Shown here: positions 11,729 to 21,299 of the stretch, one piece after another | How the letters are laid out: each line of letters opens with the position of its first letter | Numbering within the stretch: position 1 is the first letter of the stretch | NCBI GenBank assembly: GCA_943787795.1 | Contig: CALSNU010000001.1 | Coordinates: 832,001 to 896,000 of the forward strand | Reading direction: 5' to 3' | Length of the DNA: 64,000 nucleotides | From: an uncultured bacterium | GTDB lineage: Bacteria > Planctomycetota > UBA1135 > GCA-002686595 | The notes under the pieces: generated by a model | What the model saw: only the letters and a program-made list of their open reading frames with translations | Database searches by the model: none | What the model was told of the DNA's origin: nothing | Made by a program: the position numbers and the translations under genes

Positions 11729-14700
11729 GTGGTCACAGGAAATCAAAAGTCGCGAACGAGAGCCTCGTTCTTCGCTCTTTGGTGCCTTCTCCTGTCGCCT
11801 TCCGCGTCCGGCTCTCCCGTTGGTGGTGGCTCTCCCCTGACCCGCCATGCCTGGGTCGCCCTGGACCCGCCGGTTTCCCTGGATCCGCCGGTTTCCCTGG
11901 ATCCGCCGGTTTCCCTGGATCCGCCGGGCGCCTCGGACCCGCCCCGGGCCGGGCGGGCCCGCAGGGCAACGTCGGGGCCCCTCGATCTGCGCAGGATCAG
12001 GCGCATCACCGAGATCTCCGCGGCGCTGTTGGACCTCGACGCAGAGGCCCTGGACCGCGCCGCGACCGCCTATCGCGCGACGGTGCCGGAGGACCTCACC
12101 CTCGCGGTCATCCTCCGTGCGGGTCGCCCGGTCCCTCCGGGCCTGGCCGCCGCCCGCCGAGCTCAGCGGGAAGCGCGCGCCGAGGAGGCCCTCGCCTGGC
12201 TTGTGCGTGAACGCGAATCGGGCCCTGGCCGCGAGCACACCGACGCCTGCCTGGACTTTGCCCTGTCGGCCGGCGGAGGCGAGGCGCCGTCGATTCCCGA
12301 GCTCGAGATCGCCGCCTCGTTCGTCGTGGCCGACCTCGAGCTGATCGATCACGCGCCGGCGGTGGCGCGGCTCCTGGACAAGGGGGCCTCGGCGGAGGTC
12401 CGTAAGGGCGCGAAGACGGCGCTCTTCAGGCTCTACGCCCGCTCTTTTGATTCCCTCGCGGGCTTCGAGAGCCGCTGGCCGCAGCTGGAGGGGAGGGCGC
12501 CTGAGGCCACCGGCCGCGATGAGCTCCGGGCCGCTCTGGAGGAGGGGAACGGGCGAGCTCTGGCGCTGCTGGAGCTCGCGCCCGGTCGATTTGACAAGGG
12601 ACCACTGGACTGGGTGGACCCCGAGATGGCGACAAGAGCGGCGCGGACCCTGGGCCGAGCGGTCGCGGGCGGCGCGCTCGATCCCGAGTCCGCGCGGGAG
12701 CTGCTGGTGGAAGGGCTCGGCGCCGTGGCAGACCCCGGTGAGCTCCACGCACGTATGGGGGTCTTGATCGACCTCGTCCAGGGAGCCGACGCCGAGAGCG
12801 AGGCCGCGCGCGGCGTTCGTGAGACGGTTCACTCCGTGGCGGAGGCCTCGCTGCAGGCCGGGCCCGACTTCGTGTGGGTCTCCCTCGGAGCGCTTCGGAG
12901 GCTCCAGTATCCACCGGGAAGCGACGGGGACGCCGAGCGCCTCGCCGCGCTCGAGACCGCGGTCAGGGTCTTCCGCGGGGCGCTCGAGGCGCGTCGCTCG
13001 CGGCCCATCGACCCGGACGCCCTCCAGGGAGCGGTGCTCGCCATGCGTGACGTGGCCCGGGGCGTCCAGGATGCGGGGGAGCGTGAACGAGGCGTGCGGC
13101 TGCTGATGCGGGACCTGCGCGCGCTGGTCGTGGACACGGGCCTGCCCCTCGGCGTTCGCCGCGCGGCGGCGAGCTCCCTCACCCTCTCATCGGCAGCTCG
13201 CGACGCGCTCCAACTCGTGAACCTCATGCAGTCCCCCGAGGCGAGGGAGGCCCTGGGCTACGAGCTGCTCGGGGCGCTCAAGGTCGTGGCGGGGAGCCTG
13301 ACGCCCGGGAGTGAGGCGGCGGAGACGGTCCTGGACCGGCTGTTCGAGTTCGTGGCCGAGCCGGACTTCGATCGTCGTCGGCTCTCCCTCGAGCTCCTGC
13401 TCTCGGACGAGTTCGCGCCGCTCCTTGCCCATAAGGTCCGCGGGACGTCGGCACGATGGACGGTGCTGCGTCTGCGGGCGGAGCCGTCGGAGGAGCTGCG
13501 CCTGCGGCTGCTCTCACTCCTCGCGCGCATCGGCACCGTCGAGACGCTCGAGCTCCTGCTGGCACGGGAGGGGCTGGTCGAGGACATGATCGGCCCGGAT
13601 CCCGGTATGGCGAGCGCGCTCTGCGAGGCCGCGCTGGCGATGCACGACGTCTCGGACCCCGCGCCGCTGCTCCGCCTCGCGCGCCGCATTGCCGGTCCGC
13701 TGGGGACCCCAGATGCCCTGGATCCCACCCGGGTGGCCCGGCTGCGCGCCGGGGTCGAGCTGGTGCTTGGGCTCGATACGGAATCGAGCGAAGGGCTGCC
13801 GATTCGCGACAGTCGCTGGGTCGTCGCCGCGTCGGTCGATCTCCGGCGCGCGTATCCGGTGCTGGCGCTGGGGCAGTTGACCCGGTCTGATCGAGCGACG
13901 CTCCGCACCGTCCACGTGGCGAGGCTGCAGCAGGCCGTCCCGGGCGAGGACGAGGGCGAGGGCACGGCGGACGCCCCCTTGATCTCCTTGGCGCTCGGTC
14001 TGCTCGAGGCGGACGACCTCGCCGCTGAGCTTCGGGAGGACCCGTCGGAGCCCGGGGTGGGCCCGGGCGACCTCGTCGTCTCGGCGCGGATCCGCCGCGC
14101 GGAGCGAGCCATGGGGGAGCTGGACTCGGCCATGGTCGCCCCTGCGCCCATGGATCGGCTCGGCTGGGATCCCGTCAACCTCAGCCTCGAGGGGATCGAG
14201 CTGCTTCGGCGCATGGGGCGGAACGAGGCGGCGCTGGTCCGCACCGAGTCCCTCTTCGGGGGCCCCAGAGCGTCGATCGCCGGTCGATCGGGGCGGGCCG
14301 TCCGGCTGCTGGTGGTCCAGGCCTTGGAGGCGATCGACGCTGCCTTGATTCAAGGGGCCTCAGCTGGCGACTCAGCTGGCGACCCAGCTGGCGACTCAGC
14401 TGACGACGTAGCTGACAACTCCGCTGGCGACCCAGCTGGAGCCCCAGCCGGGGCAGCGGCCTCCGGTATCGATTCGACAGTCCGGGCGCGGGCGGACCTC
14501 GCGGCGCGGGGGCTCCTTGGTCTCATCGGGAAGGAGGGGTGGCCCGGAGAGCTACCTGCCACCCAACTGACGGATCTCGACGCCCTGCTCCGTCTTGTCC
14601 GGGTCGGGTCGGATGAGGGCGCGCGAGCCGAGGCGGTCACCTACCTCGACGAGCGCATGAAGAGTCAGGCTGCTGCGGTGGTGGCGTGGCGCTCTGCGCT

Positions 14701-14896
14701 GGCCGAGGCTGACCCGGAGGCCTTCTCCAAGGTCGAGGCAGACCTCGCCTCGACGCGCTCGATGGGGGAAGCGGGCCGCGAGGGGGACCCTGAAGCGGCC
14801 GCGGGGCCCGGAGGAACTCCCCGGTCAACGCCTCCCGCGGAGAGCTCGGCGGAAGGGGGGGCGATTGAAGGCTCGGGTTCCGGGGACGGAGCTTGA
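11729..14896 (+). CDS. Large hypothetical exported alpha-helical (HEAT/ARM-like) protein, 1055 aa
   Basis: Long ORF with a signal-peptide-like N-terminus and Leu/Ala/Arg/Glu-rich helical composition; no catalytic motif recognised. Confidence 0.6.
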   Translation: MVTGNQKSRTRASFFALWCLLLSPSASGSPVGGGSPLTRHAWVALDPPVSLDPPVSLDPPVSLDPPGASDPPRAGRARRATSGPLDLRRIRRITEISAALLDLDAEALDRAATAYRATVPEDLTLAVILRAGRPVPPGLAAARRAQREARAEEALAWLVRERESGPGREHTDACLDFALSAGGGEAPSIPELEIAASFVVADLELIDHAPAVARLLDKGASAEVRKGAKTALFRLYARSFDSLAGFESRWPQLEGRAPEATGRDELRAALEEGNGRALALLELAPGRFDKGPLDWVDPEMATRAARTLGRAVAGGALDPESARELLVEGLGAVADPGELHARMGVLIDLVQGADAESEAARGVRETVHSVAEASLQAGPDFVWVSLGALRRLQYPPGSDGDAERLAALETAVRVFRGALEARRSRPIDPDALQGAVLAMRDVARGVQDAGERERGVRLLMRDLRALVVDTGLPLGVRRAAASSLTLSSAARDALQLVNLMQSPEAREALGYELLGALKVVAGSLTPGSEAAETVLDRLFEFVAEPDFDRRRLSLELLLSDEFAPLLAHKVRGTSARWTVLRLRAEPSEELRLRLLSLLARIGTVETLELLLAREGLVEDMIGPDPGMASALCEAALAMHDVSDPAPLLRLARRIAGPLGTPDALDPTRVARLRAGVELVLGLDTESSEGLPIRDSRWVVAASVDLRRAYPVLALGQLTRSDRATLRTVHVARLQQAVPGEDEGEGTADAPLISLALGLLEADDLAAELREDPSEPGVGPGDLVVSARIRRAERAMGELDSAMVAPAPMDRLGWDPVNLSLEGIELLRRMGRNEAALVRTESLFGGPRASIAGRSGRAVRLLVVQALEAIDAALIQGASAGDSAGDPAGDSADDVADNSAGDPAGAPAGAAASGIDSTVRARADLAARGLLGLIGKEGWPGELPATQLTDLDALLRLVRVGSDEGARAEAVTYLDERMKSQAAAVVAWRSALAEADPEAFSKVEADLASTRSMGEAGREGDPEAAAGPGGTPRSTPPAESSAEGGAIEGSGSGDGA

Positions 14897-14920
14897 CGTC
14901 GAGCCCTTGAGCGCTATCCT
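14893..14920 (+). promoter_or_regulatory. Sigma70-type promoter of the tRNA
   Basis: TTGACG (14893-14898), 16 bp, TATCCT (14915-14920), 13 nt upstream of the tRNA. Confidence 0.7.
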
Positions 14921-14933
14921 CCCCCCAACGCGT

Positions 14934-15010
<77 letters not shown>

Positions 15011-15017
15011 CTTCTAA

Positions 15018-15056
15018 GAGAGGACTGTGCCCTTCCCGGCGCGGTCCTCTTTTTTC
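15018..15056 (+). terminator. Intrinsic terminator after the tRNA
   Basis: AGAGGACTGTGC/GCGCGGTCCTCT stem followed by a T run. Confidence 0.8.
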
Positions 15057-15390
15057 GTGCCCGGGAAGGCGGGTGAGGTCGCCGGTACGAAGCGACCCCC
15101 GCTAGGCATGTCGTGAGATGCGGCCGAGCTCGGCCCCCTAGGGCTCCGATACGGTTCCCCGGAGGTTCCCCATGGGTTCCCCGATTTCGGCTCGCCCAGA
15201 GACGGCGCCGCGGAGGAGATTCGAGCGGGAATCGCGGTCTGGCAGGCCGCCCGCGGGGAGGACGCCGGCCCGGCATCCGGCGATTCTTGGGGGTGCGGGG
15301 AACTCGGCAGCTTGGATTGCTCGAGTTGTGCTTCAGTTCCACGAGAGCCGCGCCAGCGGGCGGCGGGATCTGGCCGATAGGACTCGATGG

Positions 15391-15591
15391 ATGACTGTCC
15401 CCGCCGACAACTCCGGTCCCACTGAAGGGGCCCGGCACGAGCCCTTCTACGAACACCGGGCACCGCTGTACCCGTGCCCGGCCTGCTCGGCAGGCGTGCT
15501 CCTCCCGAAGCAGGACACGCTGCACTTCGGCCAGTGGGCCGAGAGCCGGGCGCTCTACGAGGCGGTCGGCGGTCGGCGCTGGTACCGCTGA
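15391..15591 (+). pseudogene. N-terminal fragment of a CxxC protein resembling DUF4145-containing island proteins
   Basis: MTVPAD...PFYEHRAPLYPCPACSAGVLLPKQDTL...; runs head-on into the recombinase fragment. Family call is from recalled similarity only. Confidence 0.4.
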
Positions 15592-15769
15592 TCGCGTCGT
15601 CGACGAAGAACCTGGCAAGTTCGAAGCCGTTCTCGTCGGCGTAGCGCTCGATGGCTTTCTTCTGGTCGGGGATGGACTGTTCCTGGCGGTCCGTTGAGCG
15701 GCGCAGGTAGCCGACGGCCACCTTGGACGGTGGGCGGCCCCGGGCCGGGGTGGGGGAGGTGCGTTGCAT
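15563..15769 (-). pseudogene. Truncated serine recombinase (catalytic N-terminus only, ~69 aa)
   Basis: AVGYLRRSTDRQEQSIPDQKKAIERYADENGFELARFFVDDAISGTSADRRP matches the Y-x-R-x-S-T-x-x-Q...S-G motif; similarity stops abruptly afterwards. Confidence 0.85.
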
Positions 15770-15906
15770 GGTGGATTCGCGTTGTTCCACCATGGAGGCT
15801 CAGCCTGGCCGAGACAGCCAGGGCATTCCGGCACCTCTTCGAGCATCCTCGCGGCCGCAAGTCCGCCACCGCTTGCGGGTTACGGCAGAGAGCTGGACGC
15901 CATTCC

Positions 15907-15980
15907 TCTCCAGGCGAGCCAAGCGGCCCCCCGCTACATTCAAGAAGAGAGGTCGCCCTTCGGGGCGACCTCTCTTCTTT
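15907..15980 (+). repeat. att-like scar 1: 31-bp arm and tRNA-end core plus a 17-bp-stem hairpin
   Basis: TCTCCAGGCGAGCCAAGCGGCCCCCCGCTAC is 29/31 identical to 18941-18971; followed by AAGAAGAGAGGTCGCCC-TTCG-GGGCGACCTCTCTTCTT. Confidence 0.75.
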
Positions 15981-16089
15981 CATTCCTCTCTGGCCCAACC
16001 GCTGACGCGGTTGGAGCGAGGCGCGCCCGGAGGGCGCGCGGGGTCGTGCGGCTCGCTGTGGGTCGGGCGGCTGGCGCGGTTGGAGCGAA

Positions 16090-16139
16090 CACTTCCAGGG
16101 GAGGACTCGGCCCTTCCTGGCTGGGTCCTCTTCTTTCGT
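16090..16139 (+). repeat. Diverged copy of the tRNA trailer/terminator
   Basis: 41/50 ungapped identity to 15009-15058, with compensatory stem changes. Confidence 0.75.
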
Positions 16140-16552
16140 CGCCGATGCCGCCACGAGCCTCGAGGCACGGGACATCCGGTCAAGGGCTGAGCAGGGACAA
16201 CTGGCTTCTTGGAATGCCCGCCCGCTTCGTCCTGGTGCGCGCTCAACGGGAATGCACACTCCTCCAACAGGGGCTCGGCGCCATCCATTGCAAGTACGTG
16301 GGAGTGGCTCGCCAGCCCGGAAGGACCTCACGGGTACCACCAGCTTCTCGGGCAGGTTTCAGAACGCACGCCCGTTTCAGGTCGGTTCGGTCGATACGAG
16401 GGCAGTTGCCGACGCTTCTCGGGAAGTAAGCCCTACCCGCGTGGTATCCTGGGCAGCGCAAACACAACTTAGCGGGGACCTCGCGTAGACATACGGCCAC
16501 TTCTGGTCGTCACGATCCGGTCGCCTCCTCTGAGCATTCTTGAGGAGTGACC

Positions 16553-17722
16553 ATGTCCGCAGTCCCGCGATCCGCGTTGGTGCGCCCATTCGGTGCGAAT
16601 CTCGCCCTTCCCGCCGAGGACCCTCCGTCGCAGGCGCGGCAGGCAACTGCACTCGTCTACTGCGAGGCGAACTTCGGCGCCATCGACGGCAAGACGGCCA
16701 ACGGCCTCGTACGCCACTCGGAGAAGTACACGATCCTCTCCGTGATCGACAGCGAGAAGGCGGGCCGCGACGCAGGCACGGTGCTCGACGGGAAGCCCAA
16801 CGGCATCCCCATCTGTCGCGACATTCCCGATGCGCTGGCGCACGCTGGCCCGCTGCCCGACTACTTCATCTTCGGGATCGCGCCGGTGAGTGGAATGCTG
16901 TCGGCGCACGAGCGCAGCCTCGTGCTCGCCGCGATAGGGCTCGGGATGAACGTCGTGAACGGACTCCATGAGTTCCTGAGCGAGGATCCGGAGTTCGTGG
17001 CGGCCAGCGCAGCGAGCAACGTCGAGATCCTCGACGTCCGCAAGCCTCGCCCCAAGAAGGACCTGCGAGTCTTCAGTGGCCGCATCGCCGACGTCACGTG
17101 TCCGCGGATCGCCGTTCTTGGGACCGATTGCGCCATTGGCAAGCGCACGACTTCCAACATCTTGACACGCGCGCTCAACGCCATCGGCATCAAGGCTGTG
17201 ATGGTCGGCACCGGTCAGACAGGCTTGATGCAAGGCGCTCGCTACGGCATGGCGCTCGACGCCGTCCCGTCGCAGTTCTGCGCGGGTGAGCTCGAGGCGA
17301 CCATCATCGAAGCATTCGAAGGCGAGCAGCCCGACGTGATCGTCATCGAGGGGCAGGGCGCGCTGAGTCACCCGGCCTACTCGACCTCGTCCTTCATCCT
17401 GCGCGGCAGCTGCCCAGACGGCGTCGTGCTGCAGCACGCGCCGGGCCGGCCTCACCGCTGCGACTTCCCGGACATGGCGATGCCCTCGCCGGCCAGCGAG
17501 ATCGAGCTCATCGAGACATTCGCCGACACAAGGGTGATCGGCCTGACGCTCAACCACGAGCACATGACCGACGTCGAGCTCGAGGCGGCCATCACGCTGT
17601 ATGAGCTGGAGCTCGGCGTGCCCGCCACCGATGCGCTGACCCACTCTCCCGAGCGGCTGGTGGCGATGGTCCTCGGGGCCTTCCCGCAGCTCGGACCGAG
17701 GTTGGCCTCCGGCACGCGATGA
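16553..17722 (+). CDS. DUF1611 family P-loop protein (DgcN-like)
   Basis: GKTANGLVRH, VVNGLHEFL, VLGTDCAIGKRTT, VGTGQTG, IEGQGALSHPAY; RBS GAGGAG. Confidence 0.85.
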   Translation: MSAVPRSALVRPFGANLALPAEDPPSQARQATALVYCEANFGAIDGKTANGLVRHSEKYTILSVIDSEKAGRDAGTVLDGKPNGIPICRDIPDALAHAGPLPDYFIFGIAPVSGMLSAHERSLVLAAIGLGMNVVNGLHEFLSEDPEFVAASAASNVEILDVRKPRPKKDLRVFSGRIADVTCPRIAVLGTDCAIGKRTTSNILTRALNAIGIKAVMVGTGQTGLMQGARYGMALDAVPSQFCAGELEATIIEAFEGEQPDVIVIEGQGALSHPAYSTSSFILRGSCPDGVVLQHAPGRPHRCDFPDMAMPSPASEIELIETFADTRVIGLTLNHEHMTDVELEAAITLYELELGVPATDALTHSPERLVAMVLGAFPQLGPRLASGTR

Positions 17723-18882
17723 GCGCGCCGCGCCTGGAGATCGACCTGGGCAAGATCGAGCACAACGCCCGCGCGCTGGTCGAACGCCTGGCCGCCCGTG
17801 GCATCGCCGTCACGGGCGTCACGAAAGCGACCCTCGGCTCTCCCGAGATCGCCCAGGCGTTGCTGCGAGGGGGAGTTGTGCGGCTCGCCGATTCGCGCAT
17901 CGAGAACATCGAAGCCCTTCGGCGATCCGGCGTGTCAGCCTCGATGACCCTGATCCGCTCTCCGATGCTGAGCCAGGTGGACAGGGTCGTGGCCCATGCC
18001 GACGTGAGCTTCAACACCGAGCTCGAGGTCATCGGCAGGCTCTCGTCGGCCGCCATGCAGGTAGGGGAGTCCCACGGAGTCGTGCTCATGGTCGAACTCG
18101 GAGATCTGCGCGAGGGCATTCTGCCCGCCGACATCGAGCACATCGTGAGCGAGACCCTGCGCCTGCCGAACATCGCACTCAAGGGCATTGGGGCCAACCT
18201 CGCCTGTCGCAGCGGAGTCGTGCCCGGACCCGAGAACATGGCGGAGCTCTCGGCTCTGGCCGATTCGATCGATGCGACCTTCGGGCTCGAGCTCGAGATC
18301 GTCTCCGGCGGCAACTCAGCCAACCTCGGCTGGGTGTTCGGCTCGACGGATGTGGGACGGATCAACGACCTGCGCCTGGGGGAGGCGCTCCTGCTCGGCT
18401 GCGACCCAATCACCCGCCAATCGATCGAGGGGCTCGACACCGACGCCATCACGCTCACCGCCGAGGTGATCGAGGCCAAGCTCAAGCCCTCGCTGCCATG
18501 GGGCGAGATCGGACAATCCGCATTCGGAGAGCCGCCTCCCGCAACTGACCGGGGCCCTGTCTGGCAGACGATTCTCGCCCTCGGGCGCCAGGACGTCGAT
18601 CCAGAGGGCCTCCACCCGCCAGCGGGAATGAAAGTCCTGGAAGCGAGCAGCGACCATCTGATCGTGGACTTCGGCCCACATCGCCTGCCCGTCGGGGGGG
18701 AGGTCAGCTTTCAACTGAACTACAGCGCGCTGTTGCGCGCCATGACCTCACCCTTCGTCACCAAGGTCTTTGTGGGGGCGAGCCGTGCCGCGCCCCTCGC
18801 CGCGACCCTCGACGATGAGCACGCCTTCGGGGGATGGCATCGGGCCGCCCCGAACCGGAGGGTGGGCCCCCGTGCCGGGTGA
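17719..18882 (+). CDS. Alanine/ornithine racemase-family PLP enzyme (YhfX/Orr-like)
   Basis: VTGVTK (PLP lysine), ADSR, ELGDLREG, SGGNS, RLGE, SSDH. ATGA overlap with the DUF1611 gene. Confidence 0.85.
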   Translation: MSAPRLEIDLGKIEHNARALVERLAARGIAVTGVTKATLGSPEIAQALLRGGVVRLADSRIENIEALRRSGVSASMTLIRSPMLSQVDRVVAHADVSFNTELEVIGRLSSAAMQVGESHGVVLMVELGDLREGILPADIEHIVSETLRLPNIALKGIGANLACRSGVVPGPENMAELSALADSIDATFGLELEIVSGGNSANLGWVFGSTDVGRINDLRLGEALLLGCDPITRQSIEGLDTDAITLTAEVIEAKLKPSLPWGEIGQSAFGEPPPATDRGPVWQTILALGRQDVDPEGLHPPAGMKVLEASSDHLIVDFGPHRLPVGGEVSFQLNYSALLRAMTSPFVTKVFVGASRAAPLAATLDDEHAFGGWHRAAPNRRVGPRAG

Positions 18883-18940
18883 CGGTGCATGGGCACGACG
18901 AGGGAAAGCCCCGCCCGGCCCGTCTCGTCAGTCGCCTGCA

Positions 18941-19024
18941 TCTCCAGCCGAGCCGAGCGGCCCCCCGCTACCACGTACGCGAGAGGATCTGGCTCCACCG
19001 GCCGGGTCCTCTTTTTTTGTGCCC
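18941..19024 (+). repeat. att-like scar 2 (distal boundary): arm, 13-bp tRNA 3'-end copy and terminator
   Basis: CCCCCGCTACCAC then GAGAGGA...GGTCCTCTTTTTTTGTGCCC, mirroring the sequence after the tRNA. Confidence 0.8.
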
Positions 19025-19183
19025 GCAGGACGCCCTGACCAGGGCGAGCGCCGCAGCCCCTTGGGCGCTCGCGGATTCCCAAGACCGTCTCGGTCCAGCC
19101 GTCCTGGAGCCAGCAGTCCTGGAGCAGGCCAGGTGGGACCCCCAGGCTCGCGGCGGCTTCACCGAGGCGCCAGCGCCCGACGT

Positions 19184-19906
19184 TCAGAGCCCGAGCTTCC
19201 TCTTCAGGTAGTCGCTCGTGAGGTGCCCAGCGGCATCGAAGGGGTCGCACTTGCCGCTCGGGTCGAAGTCGATGGGGCCGATCTTCTTCGCCACCCGGAG
19301 CGCCGCCCTGTTGAGGGCCTTCGTTCGCTTGCCGATCCCCAGCAGCGCGCCGGCCATGGACATCCGGACGCCCGTCGATTCCCTGGAGTGGCGCTGGTCG
19401 ATCAGCGCGATGTAGCCCAGGAAGCTCGCCTCGTCGGGCGCGCTCTTCTTCTTGGACTTCGAGACCTCATAGAGGAGGCCATATCCGCAGCTCCGACGGA
19501 CCCGATCCCGGCTCTCGATCCACCGGTCGATGAGCTCGACGACGAAGGGCGTCTTCGCGAGCGGGGCGCCGCAGGAGGAAAAGACGTGGGCGAGGTGCCC
19601 GCCATCGAGCTCCTGGACCTGAACTTCGGCCTGCTCGATCGTCATCCGCTTGGGGTCGTCGATCAAGAGCGCGATCACCTTGGCGTCGTAGACCCCCGTG
19701 GCCCAGAGGCGCCGCGCGAGCTCGGGGTCCTTGCCGAGGCCCTTGGCGTAGGACCGCAGCCGGGTGAGGCCCAAGCCGTAGCTCCGCAGGCCGCCCGAGC
19801 GGCCCTGGAGCTTCTTCCAGCTCGCGATGCCGCGCGGGTCCTGCTCGGCCTTCAGGAAGGCGAGGACCTCAGCCTTCGAGGTCGCACCGGATCCAGCTCT
19901 TGCCAT
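19184..19906 (-). CDS. DNA alkylation repair protein (AlkD-like HEAT family)
   Basis: YGLGLTRLR...KDPELARRLWATGVYDAKVIALLIDDP...WIESRD...MAGALLGIG pattern. Confidence 0.75.
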   Translation of the reverse strand: MARAGSGATSKAEVLAFLKAEQDPRGIASWKKLQGRSGGLRSYGLGLTRLRSYAKGLGKDPELARRLWATGVYDAKVIALLIDDPKRMTIEQAEVQVQELDGGHLAHVFSSCGAPLAKTPFVVELIDRWIESRDRVRRSCGYGLLYEVSKSKKKSAPDEASFLGYIALIDQRHSRESTGVRMSMAGALLGIGKRTKALNRAALRVAKKIGPIDFDPSGKCDPFDAAGHLTSDYLKRKLGL

Positions 19907-19997
19907 GGAAGAGAGCCTACACGGCCTGCGGAGGCCCGAGCCAGTGGGCCTCCATCGAGCTCGGACACGGGCTCCAGAGCGGACCGGGCGCCGGTGG

Positions 19998-21104
19998 TCA
20001 GCGCCCGTCCGTGACGAAGTCGGGCCAGCGCCGCATGTAATCCACCATGGTCTCGCTGAGGGCCGCCGCTCGCAGGTGCTCCGGGGAGAAGGGGGGCCGG
20101 GCCGGCTCCCAGCCGGCCTCGGCGGCCTCCTGCGGCCAGCGGTCGTTCCCGATGGCGGCGCGGCCCAGACCCACGAGATCCGCGCCTTGTTCGAGGACGA
20201 GGTCAGCCTCCGACGGGGTCCACACCGCGCCCGTGGCGATCATCGGGGTCAGGGGGCCGATGGCCTCGCGGAACCAGGTGGTGAGGGGCTTCTTGGAGCT
20301 TGGGTACTTGGCGGGGGCCTTGAAGCTATCCCAGTTGGACACGTGCACGAAGTCGACGCCGTCGCTCGCGAGCCACCCCGCGACGATGAGCGACTCGTCG
20401 AGGTCGACGCCCTGCTCCGGCACCTCCGGAGAGATCCGAACGCCGACGAGGAACCCATCGGGGGTGGCCTCACGCACGGCGGCCACGACTCGCCTGACGA
20501 AGCGGGCGCGGTTCTCGAGGGAGCCGCCCCACTCGTCGTCGCGAGCGTTGGAGATCGTCCCGAGGAACTGGGTGATGAGGTAGCCGTGGGCGCCGTGGAT
20601 CTCGACGCCGTCGAACCCGGCGTCGGCGCAGCGGCGGGCGGCGGCGGCGAAGGCCGCGATGGTGCGCTCGATGTCGTCCACCGTGGCCTCGCGGGGGACC
20701 TCGAAGTCCTTGGCGTCGAGCTCGAAGGCGCTGGCGCTGAAGGGTTGCTGCCCGGTCAGGCGCGACGGAGCGCGGACCCCTCCGTGGAAGATCTGTACGA
20801 GGGAGAGGGCGCCATCGGCGCGCAGGGCGCCGGCGAGGCGCGAGAGGCCGGGCAGGAGCGCGTCATCGAAGACCCCCAGCTCGCCGTCCCAACCCTGCCC
20901 GTCCGGGCTCACGTGCGCGGCGCAGGTGGTGACGATGCCGAAGCCGCCCCGGGCGCGCGCCGCGAGCCACTCGAGCTCATCGTCTCCCAGGGAGCCGTCC
21001 GCGTGGCTCTGCTTGTTGGTCATGGCCGCGAGCACCGTGCGGTTTCGGACCTGGGTGCCGGTGCGGGGGAATTCGTAGGGCGTGAGGATCTTCGGCGTCG
21101 TCAT
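19998..21104 (-). CDS. NADH:flavin oxidoreductase (Old Yellow Enzyme family)
   Basis: RNRTVLAAMT, QIFHGG, AGFDGVEIHGAHGYLITQFL, RDDEWGGSLENRAR, ADLVGLGR. Confidence 0.9.
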   Translation of the reverse strand: MTTPKILTPYEFPRTGTQVRNRTVLAAMTNKQSHADGSLGDDELEWLAARARGGFGIVTTCAAHVSPDGQGWDGELGVFDDALLPGLSRLAGALRADGALSLVQIFHGGVRAPSRLTGQQPFSASAFELDAKDFEVPREATVDDIERTIAAFAAAARRCADAGFDGVEIHGAHGYLITQFLGTISNARDDEWGGSLENRARFVRRVVAAVREATPDGFLVGVRISPEVPEQGVDLDESLIVAGWLASDGVDFVHVSNWDSFKAPAKYPSSKKPLTTWFREAIGPLTPMIATGAVWTPSEADLVLEQGADLVGLGRAAIGNDRWPQEAAEAGWEPARPPFSPEHLRAAALSETMVDYMRRWPDFVTDGR

Positions 21105-21299
21105 CGAAGCAAGGTACTGGCCCGTGCGCCGGGGCGTCGGCATGAGGTCCGGGTCTCCGTCAGCCCTCGGCGGCCGATCCCGAACCCCGGGCCCGCCTGT
21201 TGGCTCGAATTGTGCCCGGCGGCTTGTGGAGTCAGGGAGGGGAGGACAGGCTCACGCGAAGGGCTGCGCACCCATGGGGCAAGACGCGGCCCCGTCCAG

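Larger units (their letters stand above)
15011..18974. mobile_element. Degenerate tandem integrated element(s) at the tRNA-fMet 3' end
   Basis: The tRNA 3' end CCCCCGCTACCAC recurs at 18962-18974 and CCCCCGCTAC at 15928-15937, each followed by a terminator. A serine-recombinase fragment lies inside. Confidence 0.72.

Noticed and set aside
15014..15793. 259-aa ORF as an intact recombinase
   Set aside because: Only about 69 residues resemble a serine recombinase; the rest is read-through across antisense and non-coding DNA.
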